Source: Candidatus Saccharimonadota bacterium
GTDB taxonomy: Bacteria > Patescibacteriota > Saccharimonadia > Saccharimonadales > JAGQMS01
Direction of reading: 5' to 3'
Assembly: GCA_020428535.1 (NCBI GenBank)
Contig: JAGQMS010000004.1
Span: 35,096-59,095, forward strand
DNA length: 24,000 bases
The notes below the pieces were generated by a model. It ran no database searches. It was not told the DNA's origin and saw only the letters and a program-made list of their open reading frames with translations. Positions within the stretch are counted from its first letter, which is position 1, and each line of letters begins with the position of its first letter. A program made the translations under genes and the position numbers. Positions 1-8,490 of this stretch are shown piece after piece.

Positions 1-395
1 AAATAGCTCAAGCTATCAGGATTTTTAGCTAGATTTTGCTGAAAATACCTTGTCGCTAACTCCAGAACTTCAGAGATCCGTTCTTTAAGTTTTGAATTTG
101 AACGACTTCGACCATAAACTTCGAGATCGACGCCAGCTTTGCGAGCCAAAATCTCTAGTGCTCCTCGGAAGTCCACTCCCTCCATTTCCATGACAAAAGA
201 AAACATGTTCCCGCCCTTGTTTGAGCTAAAGTCATGCCAAATCCCCTTCTCTGGACTGACCATAAAACTAGGCGTTTTCTCTGCCTGGAATGGAGATAGG
301 CCCTTCAGGTTCCGACCAGACCGCTTTAGCTGAACATATTCAGCAACGACATCCTCAATCGATAGTCTGGCCTTGATCTCCTCAACAGCATCCAT
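1..395 (-). CDS. dnaG: DNA primase DnaG, N-terminal part. The gene continues past the left window edge.
   Basis: I reverse-translated this ORF by hand from ATG at 395-393. It is absent from the ORF track because it is open at the edge. It reads MDAVEEIKARLSIEDVVAEYVQLKRSGRNLKGLSPFQAEKTPSFMVSPEKGIWHDFSSNKGGNMFSFVMEMEGVDFRGALEILARKAGV... This aligns residue for residue with the E. coli DnaG zinc-binding domain (..[35 protein letters not shown]..). Confidence 0.85.
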   Translation of the reverse strand, partial: MDAVEEIKARLSIEDVVAEYVQLKRSGRNLKGLSPFQAEKTPSFMVSPEKGIWHDFSSNKGGNMFSFVMEMEGVDFRGALEILARKAGVDLEVYGRSRSNSKLKERISEVLELATRYFQQNLAKNPDSLSY

Positions 396-597
396 ACTAG
401 ATAGAATATAGAATATACACTCAAGAAGCTAGGATAAGCATATTGACAAACCTATTGCTTTATTTCGCTAAATATGCTAATATGTTGCTATCTTCGGTTA
501 TATGGCTGAAGGTGTTTAACAATTCACTTTGAAGGTTGAGTTCAGCTCCTGCCAGAAACACTGAAATTTGATATTGAATAATCGAGTTTCGATGTTT

Positions 598-651
598 TGG
601 CGGTTGAGCCGCAATTCCCTTCTCTATCAGTTCCTGGCTTGAGCCGCAATT
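598..651. repeat. Direct repeat TGGC(GG)TTGAGCCGCAATT, two copies. The perfect 13-mer TTGAGCCGCAATT sits at 604-616 and 639-651.
   Basis: Read directly from the sequence. The copies are 35 nt apart, which is not a multiple of 3. A weaker GTCGAGC pair follows at 668-674 and 698-704. Confidence 0.6.
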
Positions 652-770
652 ATTGCAGAGCTCGTCAGTCGAGCTACAATAAACCCGCATGATTCGCGTC
701 GAGCCAAAACATTTGGATCCGCTAGTAGTCAGCGGGTTTTAACATTCAAATGTAATAAATGGCATAGACA

Positions 771-800
771 TTGCTTACGACCACAATAGACCTTTATACT
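771..800 (+). promoter_or_regulatory. Candidate sigma70-type promoter TTGCTT-18 nt-TATACT, ending 8 nt before ATG 809. This would give a leaderless transcript.
   Basis: The hexamers are at 771-776 and 795-800. There is no Shine-Dalgarno sequence in the 8 nt (taagtgta) before the ATG. Confidence 0.4.
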
Positions 801-808
801 TAAGTGTA

Positions 809-1405
809 ATGAATCCTCAGCAACCAGATTTTGATTTTATTATGAACCCCCAAAAGCATAAAGGTGCGGTCGGTGGTGGGCCAAGCAAAAAACAACGAAT
901 AATGATTTTTATCGGTTTAGTTGTAATTATTCTGGCTATAACCATCATCATCGGCAGTATTATAAGCGCATCTGCGAACAAATCTTCGAATGCACTGGTT
1001 GACTTAGGGGCATACCAAGCAGAACTAAAAAGAGTTATAGCTCTCGGGAATGATTCCGTTCGCGATTCAAAATTACACAACAATTCCCTCACTGCGAGTT
1101 ACACCCTCGAATCCGACTATCAAACTACTATGAGTCTATTAAAAGCGCGAGGTGTGAACCCGCCAAAAGACTTTGCAACAAAATACAAGGGTAGCTCGAG
1201 TGATCAAGCGATTGAAAACGCTAAAAATGCTAATAATGTTGACGCCGTTTATCAACAAATCTACACCGAAAAACTAACCAACTACAAAACAAAACTCAGT
1301 GAGGTCTATTCTTTGTTAAAGCCATATGAGCAAGCTCAAATTAAGCAACAAAGTGACCACGCCAAGATTCTTCTCGGCGAGACACTAGCAACAACCACGA
1401 ATTAA
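809..1405 (+). CDS. Hypothetical membrane-anchored protein with one N-terminal TM helix (IMIFIGLVVIILAITIIIGSIIS).
   Basis: A long ORF with a plausible promoter and a hydrophobic anchor followed by a polar domain. I recognise no family. Confidence 0.6.
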   Translation: MNPQQPDFDFIMNPQKHKGAVGGGPSKKQRIMIFIGLVVIILAITIIIGSIISASANKSSNALVDLGAYQAELKRVIALGNDSVRDSKLHNNSLTASYTLESDYQTTMSLLKARGVNPPKDFATKYKGSSSDQAIENAKNANNVDAVYQQIYTEKLTNYKTKLSEVYSLLKPYEQAQIKQQSDHAKILLGETLATTTN

Positions 1406-1734
1406 ACTCCAGCTACTAAGTTGTAGCTGTGCAAGATTAAGGCTTGGACTTCCTCCCACGGTAGTTGACCGCTGAGTATAAGCGTATTCCAATGTTTTTT
1501 GTTGAGGTGATACCCAGGTAATACGGTCTCATATTTTTCTCTAAGAAGCTCAGCAAGTTGGGGATCACACTTCAGACTCACCTGAAGTGGTAATTTGCCT
1601 TCCTGAATAATCGCGAACATTTTTTCCTCAGAGCCAACAGGAACTTTATACACCGCTACCCCCTCCCCAAAAGGGTAATCAAGCCGTGAATTCGGCATCG
1701 AAAGTATGTACCCTTCAAGTAATCTCTGGTTCAT
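1402..1734 (-). CDS. MmcQ/YjbR family DNA-binding protein.
   Basis: SLKCDPQLAELLREKYETVLPGYHLNKKHWNTLIL matches E. coli YjbR (SLKTSPELAELLRQQHSDVRPSRHLNKAHWSTVYL). The length is also similar, about 110 aa. Confidence 0.85.
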   Translation of the reverse strand: MNQRLLEGYILSMPNSRLDYPFGEGVAVYKVPVGSEEKMFAIIQEGKLPLQVSLKCDPQLAELLREKYETVLPGYHLNKKHWNTLILSGQLPWEEVQALILHSYNLVAGV

Positions 1735-2197
1735 AGTTAAATAATCTTAAAATACCTGTGATTTTTCTCGCGCAATCAGGACCAATCGGCGAGATTGTAT
1801 TGTAACGATCTACTAAAGTTGCAATTGCCAGTCCCGCCGCATTGATACCTAAACTCATAGTTGCGCCGTCATTAACAATTCTCAGCAACTTCGAGTTACC
1901 AGCATCGACAGTAGTGAATGAATCCGGCTGTCCCGGCTCAGTACGATAATATCTGATTATTGCGCCCTCTGGCAGTGATCCCAAAGGTGTACCTTCGCCA
2001 AAATAGCATTCTACGCGGCGCAATACACCCTCAGCGTCTACTCCAACTTGATCGATTTTCCCTTGAAAATGTGGATTTTCAGAATCATATACAACATGAA
2101 GACCACCCCTATTAACAATAGTTCTTGAAGTCTGTTCTATTCGATCTTTAATAGTCTCCGGCTCTAGATCAGCACACAAAACTGGGATTGTAAACAT
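1715..2197 (-). CDS. Hypothetical protein, 160 aa.
   Basis: The ORF overlaps the downstream YjbR-family gene by 20 nt, suggesting an operon. An extended -10 sits just upstream. No family recognised. Confidence 0.55.
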   Translation of the reverse strand: MFTIPVLCADLEPETIKDRIEQTSRTIVNRGGLHVVYDSENPHFQGKIDQVGVDAEGVLRRVECYFGEGTPLGSLPEGAIIRYYRTEPGQPDSFTTVDAGNSKLLRIVNDGATMSLGINAAGLAIATLVDRYNTISPIGPDCARKITGILRLFNYEPEIT

Positions 2198-2205
2198 AGA
2201 CCAAT

Positions 2206-2214
2206 ATTATACCA
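2206..2214 (-). promoter_or_regulatory. Extended -10 element TGgTATAAT, 8 nt upstream of ATG 2197. Leaderless candidate.
   Basis: The minus strand reads tggTATAATattggtctATG. There is no SD sequence between the hexamer and the start codon. Confidence 0.45.
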
Positions 2215-2265
2215 TAATTATAAGAATATTGTCTATTTTGCCCCGTCGAGTTCTCATTAAAGCTT

Positions 2266-3426
2266 CTATTTTGTATAATCGAGAGTCTCTATCAGGTCTG
2301 CCCAACCAAGCCGCTCAGGGGCAAGTTGGCTCCAAGTTTTGTCTGCCTCAACAGGGAGACCGTTCGAATCAATACTTACAGGAATTAGCTCGATGTCATA
2401 TTTGTAGCTGGGTTTTGATAATCCTTTACCCCTAGAAACATTAATGCAATTATCTTTTTCTAATGAGCATTGATTAACAAAATTCGACCATTCTAAAACA
2501 TTTTGATCAATAGCTGAACTAGCCGTAATGCTGAGCATGATACCTCGTTTGATTTCTTCGTCTACCGAACTACCTTGGTACGTTAGATTTCCCATCGAGT
2601 AAATAATCAGCTTACCTCTGTAGTTTTCGGCACCCTGGACGGATATTGGGTCATTGCCCAAAACCATATCGGCGCCAGCATCAATCACTGACTGATATTT
2701 GGAGCTCTGAGATGCAGTAGTAGTTAAACCATTTGATGGATTATTGAACACGTATACCCATGTTGGCATTAACGCAGAATAAGCTCGAATATTATCTATC
2801 TGGTCTGCCCTAAGATTTGCTTCGTTCACATATATTGAACAAAGCGCCAAGGGCATTTTAGCAACTTTAAAACTCGTGTCTCCCATGGTAAATCTAGCTG
2901 GTAGCGTCATTGGCGCGCAGATATTTGAGGCGGCTGGGTCTTTTGAGCCAATGTACTGAATTCCAAAATTACTCAACGCTTGCCGAAGGGGCGAAGAAGC
3001 GCTGGAAGATCCTGATGAGCTATTCCCAAGTGCCACGATGTTGAACCAACTACTCATTTCTTCAACAAAACTGGTTTGACAATTGTTCTCTCCAACCTCA
3101 TCTGGAGCACAGTATAAATTTGTCATCCACGCCTCATACTGATTCCTGCTAAACTCAGCGAGAGTTGAAAAAGGATAGCTCGTCACACCGCCCGACCTAG
3201 AACTAATAGCGCCTCCCCAACCAAAGTTCCCGGTAGCCAAGACTCTTGTACTAACTAGTACGGGTGTATTTGGATCGTTTGATGAGGAACCAAGCTCTTT
3301 GTTTTTTACCACATCTTGCTTACTTGCAATCAACAGCTTTGCCACAATGCCCACACCGATGAGGAGAACTGCTAAAAATAAGAACCTTTTTATCTTTGAC
3401 GAGTGTCTTTCGATATAATATCTCAT
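2266..3426 (-). CDS. Membrane-anchored CapA/PGA_cap-like (metallophosphatase-fold) protein with its metal-ligand motifs substituted.
   Basis: It has an N-terminal TM helix (FLFLAVLLIGVGIVAKLLIA). DAGADMVLGNDPISVQGAENYRGKLIIYSMGNLTYQ resembles the CapA consensus GADlviGhHpHvlQ..E.y.gklI.YSLGNF. The SD sequence GGAGA lies 7 nt before the ATG. Confidence 0.55.
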   Translation of the reverse strand: MRYYIERHSSKIKRFLFLAVLLIGVGIVAKLLIASKQDVVKNKELGSSSNDPNTPVLVSTRVLATGNFGWGGAISSRSGGVTSYPFSTLAEFSRNQYEAWMTNLYCAPDEVGENNCQTSFVEEMSSWFNIVALGNSSSGSSSASSPLRQALSNFGIQYIGSKDPAASNICAPMTLPARFTMGDTSFKVAKMPLALCSIYVNEANLRADQIDNIRAYSALMPTWVYVFNNPSNGLTTTASQSSKYQSVIDAGADMVLGNDPISVQGAENYRGKLIIYSMGNLTYQGSSVDEEIKRGIMLSITASSAIDQNVLEWSNFVNQCSLEKDNCINVSRGKGLSKPSYKYDIELIPVSIDSNGLPVEADKTWSQLAPERLGWADLIETLDYTK

Positions 3427-3430
3427 CTTT

Positions 3431-3805
3431 TCATCTCCTATTCATCCAGGTCAAGACACTCTGTGCGTCAGTATGAGCAAGACTTAAAATTATTCGACGA
3501 TACTTTTTCAGATCAGTTTCGATTAAAAATACATTCTTAAAAACTGGGTTGGTAAAGCCCTTTGGAAACGTTACGTATATAAAATCCCAGCCCTGTTCAG
3601 TCCAAAAAGAACCCGCCGCTATAAGTCCTGGTGCGTAGGTCCCTGGAAGCCGGAGCTCGTACTTATGCCAATCATCGAAATACTCACACCACTCTGTGTA
3701 AAGTATGTTCTTCTTTGGAATGTCGATATGACTTTTGAGTGACCAAATCTGTTCCTGCCCCTCTAGCTGAATTCTCAACATGTTTTTGTTCGTTAGAATC
3801 TTCAT
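3431..3805 (-). CDS. Hypothetical protein, 124 aa.
   Basis: A 4-nt ATGA overlap with the msrB stop suggests translational coupling. No family recognised. Confidence 0.55.
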   Translation of the reverse strand: MKILTNKNMLRIQLEGQEQIWSLKSHIDIPKKNILYTEWCEYFDDWHKYELRLPGTYAPGLIAAGSFWTEQGWDFIYVTFPKGFTNPVFKNVFLIETDLKKYRRIILSLAHTDAQSVLTWMNRR

Positions 3806-4197
3806 TTTTGCTTTGCTTTCATTGGATCAAATTTTAGAGAAAGAGAGTTGATACAATAACGGTTTCCAGTTGGTTGATCTGGTGCGTCGTCAAAAATGTG
3901 TCCGAGATGACCACCACAGTTAGCGCATCGTACCTCAGTTCTACGCATACCATGTGAATTATCTTCAAGAAGAGTGACAGCCTGGTTATTGGCTACGTCA
4001 TAGAAACTAGGCCAACCACAGTGGGCATCAAACTTAGTATCGCTAGAGAATAGTTTATTTCCACATGCCGCACACAAATATACGCCATCGTCAGAGAGAT
4101 CAACATACTCACCACTGAATGGTGCTTCGGTTCCCCTATCTCTCAAAATATGTAGCTGGTCGTCACTCAGCTCATACTTGACTTTTGATAAGTCCAT
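3802..4197 (-). CDS. msrB: Peptide-methionine (R)-S-oxide reductase MsrB.
   Basis: It carries two CxxC zinc motifs (CAACGNKLF and [12 protein letters not shown]), the GWPSF motif and the catalytic RYCINS. Confidence 0.92.
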   Translation of the reverse strand: MDLSKVKYELSDDQLHILRDRGTEAPFSGEYVDLSDDGVYLCAACGNKLFSSDTKFDAHCGWPSFYDVANNQAVTLLEDNSHGMRRTEVRCANCGGHLGHIFDDAPDQPTGNRYCINSLSLKFDPMKAKQK

Positions 4198-4248
4198 TAC
4201 CTACATTGTACACCTTCTTGGGGTAGATGTCGTAAAATTGGCTTGTAT

Positions 4249-4569
4249 TTACTTTTTCTTTTTATCTAACTTAGTAAGCCCGGCTCTTTCAAAGATAAAA
4301 TAAACCACGAAAGCCGTAGCTACAAGTGCAATCGAAGCGTTCACAATTGCTCCCCAGCCGAATACTAAGTCATGACCACCCCTGGTGAGGCCAGTATTCC
4401 ACTCCATCTTAGTTAAGTCTGTACCTCCCAAAATATAGCCGACCAGAGGGCTGATTAATTTATCTACTATTGAACTGACCGCTTCACCAGCTTTTGCCCC
4501 GATTGCTAAACCAACCGCCAAACCGACAACACCTTGTTCGCGCACAAAACTTACGAAATCGTTTAACAT
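4249..4569 (-). CDS. mscL: Large-conductance mechanosensitive channel MscL.
   Basis: FVREQGVVGLAVGLAIGAKAGEAVSSIVDKLISPLVG is the MscL TM1 signature. The protein has two TM helices. A strong SD (AGGAGGAG) lies 3 nt before the ATG. Confidence 0.9.
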   Translation of the reverse strand: MLNDFVSFVREQGVVGLAVGLAIGAKAGEAVSSIVDKLISPLVGYILGGTDLTKMEWNTGLTRGGHDLVFGWGAIVNASIALVATAFVVYFIFERAGLTKLDKKKK

Positions 4570-4608
4570 TTACTCCTCCTATTGATTACATAGGAAGTAT
4601 AAACTAAA

Positions 4609-6120
4609 TTATTCTTTTGTGTAGTTGTCGAGGAAGTCTTGTGCCCTGTAACCGATTATTCGCTTTCTACCACCGTCCATTTTGTCATATTTATTTAGCA
4701 ACAGAGTTCCTAATCTCGGTACTTTTTTGAGCATTAGCCTACGCGAATCAACGAAGCGCCAATAAAGGCCGTCCCACACATCACACCAGTGATCTTTTTG
4801 ATAATTGCTCTGCGAAAGTATTCCGTTGCTAGAGATAATAGGTAACTTATTAGATACCGATCCCCCATCTACCATCTGGCTAAACAAAAAGACATTCGGT
4901 ACAGCCGACCATTCTACGGCGTCGACACTCATTGACATGAACCAGCCATAGACATCTTTAGGTGCAATATCGCAAAGAAGCATCATATTGCCTATTACCA
5001 TAGACCTTTCTGCTTGATGTAAATATCCAAAATCTCTAGCTTTTCTTATAGCATCGTCGAGAGGTTTGATATTGGTGGTTGCCTGGTACCAATCGACGGT
5101 CAGTTTCTTATTATTCGACATAAGATTCTTTGTAGCTATGTTAGCCCCAGATCTGACATAGAGTGCTCGAATATATTCTCTCCAGCCCAAAATTTGACGG
5201 ACAAAGCTTTCGAGATTCTCTATCTTCAATTCTTTCTTTGTTGACGCTGCAAAGTCTAGAGTAGCCTCCACTACTTCCCTAGAGCTTAGCAAGCCGATAT
5301 TCATTAGTGGGCTAAGAGCTCCATGATAAAGCCATACACCTCGGTCATCGAGAACTTGGCTGTATTCACCAAACTTTTCGAGTCGGTGTTCAAAAAAATC
5401 CTTCAGCCATGCTTTGCTTTCTTCTTTGTTTGTTGGCCAGAAAAAATTATTTGTACGGCCGTTATTGTTCGGGAATTTTAGTTCGACATATGTCACCGCT
5501 TCTCGCACAAAATCGTTGTCGCCATAGGTGCGGATGCCTGGCAACTGCTCTTCTTTTCCAATAGCTTTCTGTGGCTTATCATAAATTAATTTTCCACCAA
5601 ATGGTTTATAGTCTTTATCAATCAGAACATCGAATCTCTCGCGCATGTATTGATAGAATTCGGTAAAATCTGGTGTCTTTTCTCTGAAAAGAGTGTCGAT
5701 ATCCCTTTGTTTCAAATAGAAATTGGGGTTTTCGAGCTTCTTCAGAGGTACGTGAACTTCTAATGATTGCGACGCCGATTCGATCCTCTTCCACAGACGT
5801 TCATCAACCGGATCAAAAACAATAATTTCGCTGGCACCCTCAAAGGCGGCTCTGACAACTGCCGTATCAGTAATTACGTCCTCAGCGCATTCGATATACT
5901 CCACTTCAAACCCATTTGGCCATAGTACTTCTTCAGCATATCGCCGCATTGCCGCTCTCTGAAGGACTAATTTCTGCTTGTGGAAGCTGATAGGCAATTC
6001 TTTATCGCCACCAAATAACAGTGGTTCTTCAACTAGATAAATACGTCCTACTTTTGGCAAAAACTCAACATCGAAGAGTTGATTAGGATACAAAATTAAT
6101 GCGGTGCCCATACTTTGCAC
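4609..6120 (-). CDS. Cryptochrome/photolyase-family protein (COG3046-type deoxyribodipyrimidine photolyase-related).
   Basis: The N-terminal ALILYPNQLF...YLVEEP and the C-terminal FAD-binding-like region are typical of the family. The track start at 6120 is GTG. ATG at 6111 (MGTALIL) is the more likely start, 11 nt after a perfect TATAAT at 6123-6128. Confidence 0.8.
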   Translation of the reverse strand: MQSMGTALILYPNQLFDVEFLPKVGRIYLVEEPLLFGGDKELPISFHKQKLVLQRAAMRRYAEEVLWPNGFEVEYIECAEDVITDTAVVRAAFEGASEIIVFDPVDERLWKRIESASQSLEVHVPLKKLENPNFYLKQRDIDTLFREKTPDFTEFYQYMRERFDVLIDKDYKPFGGKLIYDKPQKAIGKEEQLPGIRTYGDNDFVREAVTYVELKFPNNNGRTNNFFWPTNKEESKAWLKDFFEHRLEKFGEYSQVLDDRGVWLYHGALSPLMNIGLLSSREVVEATLDFAASTKKELKIENLESFVRQILGWREYIRALYVRSGANIATKNLMSNNKKLTVDWYQATTNIKPLDDAIRKARDFGYLHQAERSMVIGNMMLLCDIAPKDVYGWFMSMSVDAVEWSAVPNVFLFSQMVDGGSVSNKLPIISSNGILSQSNYQKDHWCDVWDGLYWRFVDSRRLMLKKVPRLGTLLLNKYDKMDGGRKRIIGYRAQDFLDNYTKE

Positions 6121-6189
6121 TGATTATACCTTAAAAGTCTTATGTTTTTGTATGATTGTATTATTCGTTTTTCATGTTATCGTATACAA

Positions 6190-6825
6190 ATGACACATAA
6201 CCCATTTGACCCCCTTGACCCCGAAAAGTGTAAGAAAGAGGGATACGAATTGATTGGCCATGGCTTTAGCTCGGAAGTTTACTTGTCGCCCGCAGGCGAA
6301 GTTTACAAGTTTTCTCCTCCCTATACAGCTTCACGTGCTAAAAAGTTGCTAGAAAGAAGCGCCCGCAATATTAGCTTGACCGCAAAATCTTTGGGCAAGT
6401 TCGCCACTCCTACCATAGTCTACGTTGTTAAATCTTCTGACGCCGAAGAGGACACGTACCATCTTTGCGCCAGACAGGCATTTATTGATGGCCAACAAAT
6501 AGACACTGCACTGTCAATGGTTGATCTAGATCAATTGAGAGAACTGTTTGGGCTTTCACTTCAAATGTATGATAGGACTGGCAAGATGCCAGATATTGCC
6601 TGCATCGAAGGTGGCTTCTTCAACCCCTTCCAATCACCGAACATAATTGTCAGACAGGACGGCTCACCTGTCTTGGTGGATACAGATTTTGGTAGAACCC
6701 AGCAAATGCCAGGAATCTCTGTTTTATGGAATTTTTGGATGTCCGAGGGTGTAGTCAGAGCTCTAGCTGAGATCAATGAAGCACGGCTCACATCTTTTCG
6801 GGAGCCTCGATACCCAATAGCTTGA
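6190..6825 (+). CDS. Protein-kinase-like fold protein, possibly a pseudokinase.
   Basis: It has a glycine-loop-like GHGFSSEVY, then VYKF, and a DTDFG motif. No clear HxD catalytic loop is present (FQSPNIIV instead). ATG 6190 is preferred over 6142 because TGtTATCGT (6175-6183) ends 6 nt upstream of it. Confidence 0.5.
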   Translation: MTHNPFDPLDPEKCKKEGYELIGHGFSSEVYLSPAGEVYKFSPPYTASRAKKLLERSARNISLTAKSLGKFATPTIVYVVKSSDAEEDTYHLCARQAFIDGQQIDTALSMVDLDQLRELFGLSLQMYDRTGKMPDIACIEGGFFNPFQSPNIIVRQDGSPVLVDTDFGRTQQMPGISVLWNFWMSEGVVRALAEINEARLTSFREPRYPIA

Positions 6826-8455
6826 GCCCCTCATAGAGAGTGTTCGAATAAGATTCGACCAAGTATAGACGCTGGGCTTCTCTTTCGTCACCCACCACCC
6901 TACTAACTTCGTAAAATTTATTAAATATCCCTGCTAAATCATAAAGATAGGTGCACAAAACATGAGGCTGATAGTCTCTAGTTGCTTCTTGTATTTTCTC
7001 TTCAAATTGAACCAAAGCTCTTGCTAGACTTCTCTCTGATGAATCCAGCTTTGTAGGTTTCGCACGCATTTCGCTTTTTGAGAGGATGCTTCGAGCCCGT
7101 ACAAGTGCATATTGTAGATAGGGCCCGCTATTGCCTTGTAGGCTGACAGATTCTTGTGGGTCGAAAGCGATGTCACCACCAAGCCGATATTTCATGAACT
7201 CGTATTTCAAGGCACCGAGCGCAATCTTTTCATCTCGGTCTTTATCTCCACTGTCACCAACTAGCTCTCTAACAGTGTTAACAACATCAACTGCCGAAGT
7301 CACATTGCCCAGGCGAGATGACATTTTTTTACCGTCCCCAAACCTAATTATTCCATTAGTCAGATGTGTCATCTGCGCTTCAACTCCTGGTTCAATCTGA
7401 TCAATTGCCCTCCAGACCACCTTCATATATTCAGCTTGTTCGTTGCCAGTAACCAATACTCGTCTGTCAAAAGCAAAGTCATCTTTTTCAATCAGGATTA
7501 GCCCGATGTCTTTGGCTTCGTAAGTTGGCAGCCCAGCCGAATTAATGAACACTCTGGTGTGAAGGCCAAATTGTTCGCCTTCAAAGACTATTGCCCCATC
7601 TGATTCTTTGAAAACATTCGGTAAGTTAGCACGAACTGTTTCTTTACCACGCCGTTCGGTTGAGCTCTCGGGGTAATATTTTTCAAACTCATCGACCTTA
7701 AGCATTTCATAAAGCCTCAAGAAATAATCCTTGCACCAACCACGACACTCAAAATATACTCTCGCAAAAGCCGACTCCGTATCACCGCTAGCGTGCATCT
7801 CATAGATTCTTTTATTGATTTCAGCGATTTCTTTTTGGGCTTTTTCGTCATTATCAACCGAGTCAGCCTTAGCACCATCGACATATCTTGAAGCTATAAA
7901 TTTTGTTCGCTCCTCAACTGGTATCTCGGCAAGTTTTTCAGGGTATTCACCGCCTAAAAACTGTAAAATCCCCCAAATAGCCCTAGCCGCGCTCAGACCT
8001 ACATCCGCCCCAAAAGTTACTCGGTGAACATCGGCCCCCGCTCTCTCAATCAGCCTAGCAATCACATCACCAAATAGGGTCTGATAAAGATGCCCGGCAT
8101 GGAGTTCTTTAAAATAATTTGGGCAAGAATACTCGACTACCCAAGACTGCCCTTCTAGTTGCCTATCTGGCTGATTAACTAGGCTATCAATAAGTTCCTC
8201 ATCTTGAACACGTATATTCACAAAACCTGGCCCCGCCACAGATGCTTCATAACCCAAGTTCTGCAACGAATTTGCTATCGACTCCGCTATTTCGTAAGGT
8301 TTTTTTTGCAGTTTTCCGGCTATCTGCATTGCTACGTTGGAGGTGAAATCCCCAAACTGTTCCTCTGGAATAGTAATTTGCGGAACAATCTTAACTTTAA
8401 AATTACTTGCGACAATCTCTTCTACTACCTTAGCTATTTTATCCGCCAATTTCAT
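6788..8455 (-). CDS. argS: Arginine--tRNA ligase.
   Basis: It has the class I HIGH motif (HAGHL), an N-terminal additional domain and a C-terminal DALR anticodon-binding-like region. At 555 aa the length is typical. Confidence 0.95.
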   Translation of the reverse strand: MKLADKIAKVVEEIVASNFKVKIVPQITIPEEQFGDFTSNVAMQIAGKLQKKPYEIAESIANSLQNLGYEASVAGPGFVNIRVQDEELIDSLVNQPDRQLEGQSWVVEYSCPNYFKELHAGHLYQTLFGDVIARLIERAGADVHRVTFGADVGLSAARAIWGILQFLGGEYPEKLAEIPVEERTKFIASRYVDGAKADSVDNDEKAQKEIAEINKRIYEMHASGDTESAFARVYFECRGWCKDYFLRLYEMLKVDEFEKYYPESSTERRGKETVRANLPNVFKESDGAIVFEGEQFGLHTRVFINSAGLPTYEAKDIGLILIEKDDFAFDRRVLVTGNEQAEYMKVVWRAIDQIEPGVEAQMTHLTNGIIRFGDGKKMSSRLGNVTSAVDVVNTVRELVGDSGDKDRDEKIALGALKYEFMKYRLGGDIAFDPQESVSLQGNSGPYLQYALVRARSILSKSEMRAKPTKLDSSERSLARALVQFEEKIQEATRDYQPHVLCTYLYDLAGIFNKFYEVSRVVGDEREAQRLYLVESYSNTLYEGLKLLGIEAPEKM

Positions 8456-8490
8456 AGCTCCAGTATAACAGAGGTCGAATAAGATACTTC

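Noticed and set aside
139-333. A 64-aa plus-strand ORF.
   Set aside because: It lies entirely antisense to the well-supported dnaG reading frame, so it is a shadow ORF.
460-690. A 76-aa minus-strand ORF (MRVYCSSTDELCNNCGSS...) between dnaG and the gene at 809.
   Set aside because: It has no SD sequence and no recognisable -10 before its ATG, and I recognise no family. Two perfect 13-nt repeats inside it are read in different frames, which favours a DNA-level element. It is left unannotated as ambiguous rather than excluded. A 413-bp non-coding gap would be long for this compact genome.
721-740. A hairpin, CCGCT-agtagtc-AGCGG, followed by GTTTT.
   Set aside because: It has only a 5-bp stem and a weak T-tract. 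No plus-strand gene ends upstream of it. I did not call it a terminator.
6788-6825. A 38-nt convergent overlap of the kinase-like ORF and the argS 3' end.
   Set aside because: It is most simply explained as tail-to-tail packing in a compact genome. It could allow antisense interference, but nothing in the sequence specifically supports that.
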